From Mytilus edulis (taxonomy: Eukaryota), in assembly GCF_963676685.1 (NCBI RefSeq), contig NC_092350.1:60512001-60576000 (forward strand): a DNA stretch of 64,000 nt, written 5' to 3'. Position numbers and translations under genes: made by a program. Positions 1 to 9,540 of this stretch are shown one piece after another. Each line of letters opens with the position of its first letter. Position 1 is the first letter of the stretch. The notes under the pieces are model-generated. The model worked only from the letters and a program-made list of their open reading frames with translations, was not told the origin of the DNA and ran no database searches.

Positions 1-367
1 TGAACTCGTGATTTCATCTAGCAGATATAAAAGATGTATTTTTTACCCATACGACATCAAGTGTGCCTTTCCTTTAAATGATAGCCATGGTAACAACAGT
101 CCTTCTCCATTGGGGACTTCATTTATCGCTTTAAACCGATCAACCATCTTTTAACCTCATGTTTTTAGGTTTTTGGAAAGTGAATTTGAACATTAACATG
201 TGGATAGATATGTTGTATGGCACGGTACGACAAATCATGGACGGACGAATCGATAAAAGGACAGAATTAAACAAGTATTCTCCTCTTTAAGACTGGAGGT
301 ATAACATAAAACAGTAAAAATAATGTTAATACTATGCAATACATTTTTAATATCTTTAAATAGAGCA

Positions 368-3300
368 TTACTGAAAATCAGTAAAATCGAGACCACGTCG
401 AACATGTGGCAGTATTTTTGTTTCGTCTCTTTTGTGAAATTGTCTGACTGGACGAATGCCTCGTGCAGGTTCATTAGGTTGTGATACGTCTCCTTTCTTC
501 CTTTTTTGCTTTCCTCGTTTCCTTGACAACATGTCAAATTGGTGGTCTCTACAACAAAAAGGGTTGAAATACATAAAAAATACACACCATTTATATTATA
601 TGAATTTCTTTCTCAAATGTAAGTAAAAGGACAACTATATTTGGTGTATGGTTACCTTACATTGTTTTCATGTCTGTCGGACATGACTAATTTGTTTTCA
701 AAAAATATAAACAGAATAGCAAATTAATGTAATGTGCATGTACCTGTCTGTGTGGCAGTCCTTGACTTACTTTTCACAAGGTTTGATGCACGGAATGGTC
801 ACAAAGCGGACATATAAAAAAAGAAGATGTGGCATGATTGCTAATGATACATCTCTCCTCAATAGACCAAATGACACAGAAATTAACAACTATAGGTTAC
901 CATACGGCCTTCAATAAATTCAACAGATTGAAATTGCCACGTAATAAATCGTTAACAGCTGCGACTGAATGGCAATGTATAAAACATGTACTTACAATGG
1001 TTGTATTTCAGACATATCCCTAACAACGCCTTCTTCGGTGCCACTTTTCTCTGTTTCAGCATTCAACATATCAATCTCGTTCACTGGATAGACCTTAGCC
1101 TTTGATGTTTGCATGTAGAATCCTCTGAAATATATAAACCTTATTAGTCAAAAGAAAAGCTGATACCATATTTACGCTTAAAAAAACAGCAAATGTTTGT
1201 ACGAAGGTGTGAACCTCCATATTCAGCACATGATTCTAGCGTTGTTTATAATTCATCGATAATTTTTTTTCTGACAGCTGCTTAATACATTCGTCTCGCT
1301 TAGAAAAAGAGGTGTAAGCGAGAATTGTCTCGCTTAGAAAAAGAGGTGTACGCGAGATTTTGACGGCGTCAAGTTTGTGATAGGAATCATATAAAACAGT
1401 TAACTACTGATAATGAGTCATTGATATTTATTGGTTTTTCTATTTAAACAGTTTATTATATAGATTAGACCGTTGCTCTTCCCGTTAGAGTGGGTTTACA
1501 CTTGTAATTTGGGGGCCCTTTGTAGCTTGTGGTTCGGTGTGAGCAAATGCTCTGTGTTGAAGGCCGTACCTTTATTTATAATGGATTACCTTTTTGAATT
1601 GTTATTTGGATGGAGAGTTGTCTAATTGCCACTCATACCACATCTTCCTATATCTATATATCTATTTTCGATTTATGCATACCTCTCTGGATTTAGCCTA
1701 GCATCTAAAAGTTCAATGGCTACACTAACAGCTGTTGGGATGTCTTGTGGTGTCAGGACGCCCGTCCCTCTAGGATCTATTTCTTGGAATGTGCCAAAAA
1801 AGTTTTCTATATCCAAGCTACTTATTGCTCTAACATTATAGCACTGTCGCTTTACAAATGGAAAAAGTTGGACTTTTCGTTCAATGTTGGTAAGAAGTCC
1901 TTCGTACAGCACAATTGGTATGTTTTTGATATATGAACCATGCGGCGGAAATTTTGTAAAATCTACATCCTCTAAAAGCCAGTCTCGAAGTGATAGACGA
2001 TGATGAACTCGGACATCTACTGGAATCCCTGGTTCGTCGTCGGCTAGGTACCAATTGTAAATGAGACTGCAAAACTTTGCTTCGTTTATCGCTCCAATGT
2101 CCTCCAGGGCACGTGTTACTTTTGGACTGAATGTCGATTTTGCAAATTCAACACTTTGTTTATCAATAAGATCCACGGCCATCGCTATGTTTAAACCACA
2201 TTTGTTTTTATTTGAATCTTTAGCAATACTATGGAAAGCTTCCTTTTTTATTCCAGATGCAGGAATTCCATTTTGACATACGAGTCTTCGTGCTCCACAA
2301 AGCTGATGATAGCTATCTAAGATAAGAAAAAGATAGTGTCCCAAGGTAGAATTAAACTCTGGTTTTGAGTACCACATTTTATTTTTGATGCTGTTTTGGT
2401 TTTGAATATTGACATGAGCTCCAAATGGTGACGAAGAATACCAATCCTCTAACTTTTCAGCATAAATATTCTCAGCATAAAAACTGTTTAAAACAAGCTT
2501 TGGCATCTTGTGTATGCTTTTCTTGCACATACTTTTAAGGGATTCAGGATTCTTCTTTTTATATTTTTTATTGTGGAAAACAGTTCCATCTCCTAAACAT
2601 TTTGACATAACTGACACCAACTCGTGTTTTGGCAGTGAACTCTTGCATGTCCCTCCTTTCGATTTCAGCTTTCCTACAACAGGCTGCATACAAAGGACAA
2701 GTTCTGCTTTCGTGAAGCTTTTATCTATGGAGTTTGCATTTTGGAACTTTTGTTCGAACTCTTGTACACTTATGTCCCATGATTTCTTTGTCTTTCCAGT
2801 AGTCTGCACTGCTTTAAGCATATTGTGTATGTCAGATTCTGATATCAGCTTTTCGGAGCTGTTCCATGGATTCTCCTGTTCCTCGGAGGGTATATCAGTT
2901 GTTTTGTGAACTTCATCTTCGTCCATTTCTATATCTTGATCGTTGTTATTGTTACTGTCAAAATTTTCATCAATAGCATGATCATTTGTTTCGGGAAACT
3001 GGTCAGAAAATAAGTCTTCAATGTTTACATCTACCATTTCATCGTCCTTTAATATTCCACTTATTTTGGTTTTCGATAACGATGATACAACTTCTATAAC
3101 TTGATCGGCAACTTCTTCTGTCAAGTTGCTTTCTATCTCTTCTGGAAGTGAAGACATAATATCGTTTGCACGTGTTGAGTTGATTTCTTTCTCATCGGAT
3201 GTCATTTCAACTGTCTTTGTTTTGCCCGTAATTGATGTTGCCTCTTTAATTAGTCTCCTGATATTGTTTGAAACCATGAAAGTTTTCTCACCCTTAACTT

Positions 3301-4957
3301 TTCCAACAAGAAATGAATTTATCACCAACTCCTTTTTATTTACATCTATGGTCTTTACACATTTGGTAATGTTTACTCTGTTTGAAAGGCTCAAATAGTC
3401 TGAAACTGATACCACGTTTGCTGAAGTTATTTCTTTCAATATGTCCTTCTTTGCAAGTTTTTTTACGCAATCCCAGATCTCCTTTTGCAACTGAAGTAAT
3501 GTCAGAGGACTGTCATTTTGATCATGAACTGTCATTCTATACCACTGACCATCGAATGAACAGACTGGAGTATATAGTCCCCTGTTGTGGCATTCCAGTA
3601 AAACATATTCCATCATTTCTCTCATCACTTTATTTGATAGACTGTAACCTTTTAACCCAAATGCTATGGGAACTGAATGGAATTCTTCTTCCCTGTAATT
3701 TCTGTCTACATCAGATATCATAAATCCTAGGAATTCAGAGGCCCGTGTTCGAGTTAGATTATACGCAGATTCTATTTTTTTTTCGCTATCATGTAGTAAA
3801 GTCTGAACAGATTGAATAGAAATGGTGCTGTTTGGTATTTCATTTGACTTATGTCGACACAACAAAGAAGTCGATGTTTCAGAGCTGTTTCTGCAATTAA
3901 CTCCTGTACAAGATTGGAGTTCACATAGAAAAGTGACGTTGTTTTTAATAAAGCTGCTTATCTTATCCTGTAAAATAGGAAAATTTGCTGATCTCCTTGT
4001 TGGTCTTCTTAAAGGTGTACACGTAAAAATTTCCAGTTCTGTACATATTTCAGTCCATAAATCAGGACAAAATGTAATCTTCTGAATGGACGTCGACTCT
4101 GAAGTATAGCAAACATACAAAAGTTGATCAACATCGAGAGCAAACATTTCCGACAGCACTTTGGGCACGTAATATTTAGGTAGAGAATAGTGTAATCTTG
4201 TTTTGAATGCTACACCCTCTCTTGGAGCTGGACACTTTATTTCAACAGCAAAAACAGCTTTGTCATTGGCATCTCTACAACTTCCATCTGGACTAACGAT
4301 CATTTTCTTTCTTTCTTTCATCTCTACTTTGTAGCATCCTTCTTCATAGAAAAAAAGATCAGGATAATATATTGGTAAAAATCTTGAAACGAGAGTCGCT
4401 ACCGCATTTATCTCATTATCAACACCATGTTGCATTCTTTGTTTTACTGTCTCTGAAAACTCTGACTTTTCTTTTCCGTAAACGATGTTATCGAAATGAT
4501 GAAGCTGTTTCTTAAAGCTATCCAAACCAACAGCTGCATTTAGTGTGCTACCAGTCACAATTGCATCTTTTCTTATAGCAAACCATGCATCCGTTCTCTG
4601 TTTGATAAATCTGTACTCTATATCCGGGTGAAGCGGTTCTGTCAAATGTATGTAATTGGCTTGTATATATAGAAATAATTGGTTGCCTGTAAAGTACAAG
4701 TTGGTTGCTGCACTAAGACAGGACAATACGGACCCAAGTTTTGTAATTAGTTCAAGGATACCACTTATGCAACATTCTATGTCAAACCGAACTGTTTCCA
4801 ATGCGCTTATTACATACAGTAATTTACTTTTTCGCCATTCTTGTCCTGCCATTTTTTTAAATTTAATAAGAGCCATCTCCTTTGACAGATGTGCTTGCCG
4901 TAAATCCTTTAGCCTATTGGACAAAATTTCTATGAGTACTTTGGTGGATTCAGTCAC
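368..4957 (-). CDS. C-terminal part: YqaJ/lambda-exonuclease-like domain followed by P-like DDE transposase core; spliced join 4957-1683, 1124-996, 548-368
   Basis: 1094-aa ORF with YqaJ motifs QRTDAW..R..VTGS, MQHG..NE, VSPDG (D at 4286-4288), AVEIKCP (E at 4241-4243) and YYVPKV. Then SFDG (D 3551-3553), DSYH (2306-2317) and DIENFFG (E 1805-1807). Two downstream exons extend the frame: RGFYMQTSKAKVYP... and LDHQFDMLSRKRGKQKRKKG...DFQ*, the last basic and NLS-like. Confidence 0.8.
818..915 (+). repeat. Dispersed SINE-like repeat family A, fragment
   Basis: AAGAAGATGTGG...AAATGACACAGAAATTAACAACTATAGGTTACC shared with 33430-33530. Confidence 0.7.
1293..1358. repeat. Two tandem 34-bp hairpin-forming units in intron
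   Basis: GTCTCGCTTAGAAAAAGAGGTGTA(A/C)GCGAGA at 1293 and 1327; TCTCGC/GCGAGA is self-complementary. Confidence 0.75.
1455..1660 (-). repeat. Dispersed SINE-like repeat family A
   Basis: Reverse complement matches 19878-20080 (GGAGAGTTGTC..GCCACTCATACCACATCTTCC; GTTGAAGGCCGTACC). Confidence 0.7.
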
Positions 4958-4998
4958 ACAAGATTTTTTTTTTGCGACATCTTATTTACGGAGTTTAT

Positions 4999-6180
4999 TT
5001 AATAATCTGTTTGTTGTCGTAATTTGTCTATCAGATTGGTTACTGTGGTTTTCTCTTCCTTCAGTCTTAGCTGCTTATCGGCTAGCGTTGGAGTACCTTC
5101 ATATCCAAATAAATCTATATCTCCAAATTGATTACTGGTTGAGCTGTTGATTTTCTTGCCATCAAAACAAAGTTTGAATGTCTGATATTTATTTGACTGT
5201 TCAGCAACTTTATCAAGTAAATGCGGTACTATTCCCGGACGTATTTGGCTGGAAGGTACCGGAGATTCTGAAGTTCCAGTCACTTTGGAAAATGGTACAC
5301 TGTAATTAATCCTTGATAATTTTGGATCAAATTCACCCGGAGGTGATTGCCCATTTATTAGATCCCCCTTGTGTTTAGGGCCACTCATGTACCGCAGCCA
5401 CTTGCCATGGAACATTTTGTAGCCTATTCGCCAGAATTTGTTAACTGCTGAATTAGCATACTTCATTTCAGTCGTAGATTGTGTTCCATACCATTGCACA
5501 ACATCTAAAAACAATAAGAAGGCAATATTGTCCATGGGAAATGACTGTGTTGATAACATCTGGTTGAATTGAATCCATGTTTGTAACTGGCCTTGATTTT
5601 TCATTGCTTCGACTACTGATGGGATAAGTTTTATTAGTAATTTTTCATCTCCCATTTCATCTTCTTGTTCAATTTTGAAAGGTATATTCAAATCATCATT
5701 TTTTGTTTCTACATCAGATGGTTTCAACTTTTTGCGCACAGGACTGCAAATTGTGATTTTATCTGTACTCTTATTGCTTGAAATTTGAATTTTTAACTCA
5801 TTATTTGTAAAGTCTGGTTGTATTGTCTTACCCTCAGTTTTTAACCTATCCGGAATAACTTTGAAATTGTGACTTCGGAAACCATATTGTCCATTAGATG
5901 AATTAAATTCTAAATGTTTTATCTTGAGAATGGATAAGCTGTGATTTGATATTGAGTGTTGGATAACATCTTTAAAAAATTTGAATGTTGCTGAACAGTG
6001 ATAACAATGGTATGGATGAGTTTCTCTGTAGTGTTGAATTACGTCATCGAACTGTGGAAAAGTTGCATTGCAGTATAGGCAGTGGTGCAGATGGTGTTCT
6101 GATGAGTGTTGTGTCAGCTCATCACTTTCTGAAAAGCTGGCATTATAATAAGTGCAATGATACAGTAAAGCAACATCCAT
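4999..6180 (-). CDS. N-terminal part of transposase-like protein: 3 C2H2 zinc fingers (first degenerate) and first RNase-H strands (FDGKK, candidate catalytic Asp at 5161-5163)
   Basis: 393-aa ORF with CLYC..F.....QH...H and CYHC..F.....QH...H fingers; FKLCFDGKKIN...GDIDLFG resembles the P/THAP9 LxFDEMxI...GxVDLG motif. Ends 41 nt before the next ORF, which is in a different frame. Confidence 0.75.
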   Translation of the reverse strand: MDVALLYHCTYYNASFSESDELTQHSSEHHLHHCLYCNATFPQFDDVIQHYRETHPYHCYHCSATFKFFKDVIQHSISNHSLSILKIKHLEFNSSNGQYGFRSHNFKVIPDRLKTEGKTIQPDFTNNELKIQISSNKSTDKITICSPVRKKLKPSDVETKNDDLNIPFKIEQEDEMGDEKLLIKLIPSVVEAMKNQGQLQTWIQFNQMLSTQSFPMDNIAFLLFLDVVQWYGTQSTTEMKYANSAVNKFWRIGYKMFHGKWLRYMSGPKHKGDLINGQSPPGEFDPKLSRINYSVPFSKVTGTSESPVPSSQIRPGIVPHLLDKVAEQSNKYQTFKLCFDGKKINSSTSNQFGDIDLFGYEGTPTLADKQLRLKEEKTTVTNLIDKLRQQTDY

Positions 6181-6313
6181 CAGTACCCTGAAACAAAAAC
6201 AAAGTTTAGAAATGGCCGATCATGTTGGTTTTCAAACCATATACCCAAATAATTCGTGTTGCAAAGTTAAATCAAATTTGCTAAAGAGGGGAATTGTGTA
6301 CCATAATTGGCAC

Positions 6314-7047
6314 TAATTAGCTGCGCTATGACCGCATGATACGCCCGTCGTTTTATGTGTGAAGTTATATGCAATAATCAGAAATATTTTCTGAGATGGG
6401 GCGCACCATGTGAAAACCGCTATTCTTTTTTTACAAAAAACTCAATGACTCCAAAATAAAAGTTTGAATCATAACCAAAAAGTATAGAGATCTTAAGATT
6501 AATATTAATAAGAAGTGAGTAAAATTTTAACAATAATCATAAATAGGTTTTGAGATACCTCGCTATAAATGCCCTCCCCCTTTTGTTTTACCAAAAAATA
6601 AATCAATCACTCTAAACCAAAATTTTAAACATCACCAAAAAGTAACAGAAGTTTATAATATTTATATAACTAAGAAGTACATAAAGTTTGATGCAGTTAT
6701 AATACTTCGTTTTTGAGATTTTGCGCGACATGTTAAAAAAACCCATATTCCTGTTTCACTTACATTTTCTGTAACTCAAAAAGATTTAATTTGATTTTCA
6801 CTAAAAGGTTTTCAGATCGTTTGACTATTATCATGATTATAAGAAATAACTATGTTATCTTGTAAGAAAATAAGATAAGCTGTCCTGAAGTTACGGTGCG
6901 ACATGTTTATGCTGGACAGACGGATAGATAGACGGACGGACGGACCGAATGATTGATAGATGGAGGAACGGACGGATGGAAGGATGGACGGACAGACGGG
7001 TGTATACAATAATACGTCCTGTCAAAATTGGAATGGGCGTGTAAAAA
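6314..7047 (+). mobile_element. Non-autonomous Helentron-associated (HINE/DINE-1-like) element
   Basis: 5' ATGATACGCCCGTC motif, (GGAC/GGAT/AGAC)n microsatellite at ~6914-7000, and a 3' stem TACGTCC...GGGCGTGTA followed by an A-run; this layout is typical of HINEs. Confidence 0.6.
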
Positions 7048-8174
7048 CGAAAAAAAGGGAAAAAAATCGTAATTAAAGGTCAATAAGTTTTATTAGGATA
7101 TCGGCAAAGTCGATTTATTTGTATATTTGTCTGCCCCATCATTTTCCTATATGACTTTTATATATATTTGAAAAAAATGTATAGAAATCGAAAAAAAGAT
7201 ACTCGGCATTTATTATTATAAACATAATCCAACTCACATAATCCGATTTCCCGGGTGTTCATGTTTTCTCATTTCTTACAATATTTTAATTCGGTATACA
7301 CTTTATAAGATAAGTGGCGAATCTAGATGACGTATATGTTGTACGCCCCGATCCCACCTTTGGTTGCCAAAACTATATTGATTCCTGTATTGAACGATTT
7401 TGTAAAGCAAGAAAAAATCAAAATATTGTTCGACTCGCTACGCTCGGCGGTATGTAAAAGTTGTTCTCAATATGCTGTTAAAAAATTTCGGAATGCAAAG
7501 TAAAATTAAAATATTTGTGGTCTATAAGAGTATGAGTTATTATTTATTTGAATCTGAGACTCATAATAAATAATAGGCCTCTGTCCGGTGAACGAACTTG
7601 TTTTCGAACGACCCACAAAACTCCTTTCGAACGCTGAAGTTATATAATCAATTATAATGTAATGCTATTATGATTTTTTTTATTTGACCAAACCGGGTTA
7701 TGCATTTTGAAATTTATGACGAAACCGGGTTGTATACATTGACGAAACCGGCCAGTTCCATTTTGACATGACCCATTTCTTTCGTTCCATACACAGAGTT
7801 ACAATTATTGAGATGCTCATAATAACTAAATTTGCAATCTCCGTGTCAATATCTATCTTCCCGTACCTTTCTTTCCGTACAAAGTGAACAATTTAACGAG
7901 AAATTAAACAATTGCGAGGCAAGGTTCACTCAATTCGTCATTTTGACATGCATTTTGACTTATTTCTCCGTTAATATAGAACGGTTGTAGAAAATATTGC
8001 ATCTCACAATAGAAAATAGTTGTATATGTATATATATTCTTCGATATCATAAAAAAAATAAAAAGATAAGGAGAGACCTACCTTTCTTTTGTCTATTGGT
8101 GTTCCGTCATTGTGCCGGATGTTAGGAACCCTCGAGTCCGTGCAAATTGTACCGGTGTGGTTTAGACACAGATA

Positions 8175-9540
8175 GTCAAACATGTTTTAGGATATTGGCA
8201 TCGTTTAGAAAATATTGGCTCATCATTTCCCTTGTTAAAAGCTGCATATAATTGTTCTAAAAAGCTATTTGAAACAAAAAAAAACTCTTGGTATGGATCA
8301 ATTAATATTTTAAGGAAAAAAATGTCAGGCATAGAAAAACATATTCTTGAAAAATACTCAACATTTAAACTACACTGTGGTCAGATAGTTAAGGGATACT
8401 ATACTGCATTGTGGAAAAAACAGCTAGACAAACATATAGATGGTAAACTACGAACTTATGTAACATTCAAGTGCAACTATGGTTTTGAAAATTATTTGTC
8501 AATAATTCGACATTTTGAGCAAAGGAAATGTATTACTAGATTAAGAATATCTGCTCACAAATTGCAAATTGAATCTGGTAGATATCAGGATACTCTTCGA
8601 CAAAACCGAATTTGTCTCAGGTGCACCTCAGGTGAGGTTGAGGATGAAGTTCATTTTTTATTTAAATGTGACACTCATTTATTAAAAAGAGAGGAAATGA
8701 TGCAAAATATATTAAAATCATGTCCAAACTTTCAAAATTTAAATATTGATAACAAATTAATTTGGATAATGAATAATGAGGATCCTAATGTACTATTTGC
8801 ATTTTACAAATATATAGAAGATACTTAAGAATTAAAGTACAACTTAATCTGCAATAACTAATTCATTATAACTCTTTAATATGAATTTGGATACCGTGTT
8901 AAGCCTGCACAGATCATAAGAAGAATTTCAAATTCTTTGGCACCGTCCCTTGATGATCTTTGCTGGCTGGACACAGAATCTATAATCTTAGAAATATTTT
9001 TTAAAAATATATTTTCAATAATTAAGGAGCTTGACTCATCTGCATTAAGTACAAGTAGGGACTCCCCTTTAAGCACCGACTCTTGGTGCTTTCTGCAGAT
9101 AAGTCATATTAAATATCCTTTATTAAATAAACTTTGTTATTTGCAGTATACCTCATAGTCAAATGTGGGAGTGCTTAATTGCTTTGTTTTTTATTGGGTT
9201 CTTTTTTGTATTTTTTTGTATTTTTATATATTGACATTTCTCCGCACAAACTACTAATGCCTCATGTTTGTCTTCTCAAAGTGAAGATACACTTACCGGG
9301 TGCACTTGAGTCATTTTCAACATAGTATTCATTGAATAATAATACATTGCTACTATTTCGTTGAGTGTATTTTCTGTGTTATATTATTTTATTTTATTAT
9401 TTTTATAACACTTGTTACATATCTTTACTGTGTGTGTATTGCATATGTTATTGTTTATAATAATATTGTCTGTATCATATGCCCTCCTGGGGCCCTAATT
9501 TGGTAAATAAAATATTCTATTCTATTCTATTCTATTCTAT
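8175..9540 (+). mobile_element. 5'-truncated non-LTR retrotransposon (LINE, RTE-X-like) 3' end
   Basis: ORF 8232-8828 carries the ORF2 C-terminal signature KLRTY..FK...ENYL..RLRISAHKLQIESGRY..RICLRC..VEDEVHFLFKC. The 3' UTR ends in AATAAA plus an (ATTCT)n tail at ~9506-9540. Confidence 0.85.

Larger units (their letters stand above)
368..6187 (-). mobile_element. Putative P-element-like DNA transposon gene (C2H2 fingers + DDE transposase with nested YqaJ exonuclease); disrupted copy, element ends not identified
   Basis: Exons reconstructed by hand: 6187-1683 (acceptor tttcag at 6188, ATG at 6180, donor AG|GTATGC at 1682), 1124-996 (ttcag / GTAAGT) and 548-368 (ttgtag; stop at 368); both junctions are phase 2 and compatible. 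Motif order LCFDGKKI..GDIDLFG, [YqaJ], ASEFLGFM..PIAFGL..CSFDG, DSYH, DKQSV..FS, DIENFFG follows the P/THAP9 transposase order. A stop plus frame change lies at 4958-5001. No TIR/TSD pair found. Confidence 0.7.

Noticed and set aside
1673-4957. Endogenous virus or phage origin of the YqaJ 'viral recombinase' ORF
   Set aside because: No capsid, polymerase or other viral genes nearby; the gene has spliceosomal introns and transposase motifs around the domain.
4960-4975. Programmed -1 frameshift at A AAA AAA joining the two ORFs
   Set aside because: The upstream frame already stops at 4999-5001, before the slippery run.
1745-5150. Plus-strand ORFs overlapping the transposase gene
   Set aside because: Antisense shadows of the long minus-strand ORF.
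7575-7760. GACGAAACCGG repeats as the transposon terminus
   Set aside because: No inverted counterpart found at 1-367; more likely a separate MITE. The left end may lie outside the window.
8082-8183. Candidate upstream coding exon (MFDYLCLNH..DKRK|GTAGGT) for the transposase gene
   Set aside because: Splicing it to 6187 is out of frame with the ATG at 6180, and its ATG overlaps the LINE junction; at most a 5' UTR exon.
8876-9158. ORFs on both strands in the LINE 3' UTR
   Set aside because: Short, no recognisable motifs or splice support.
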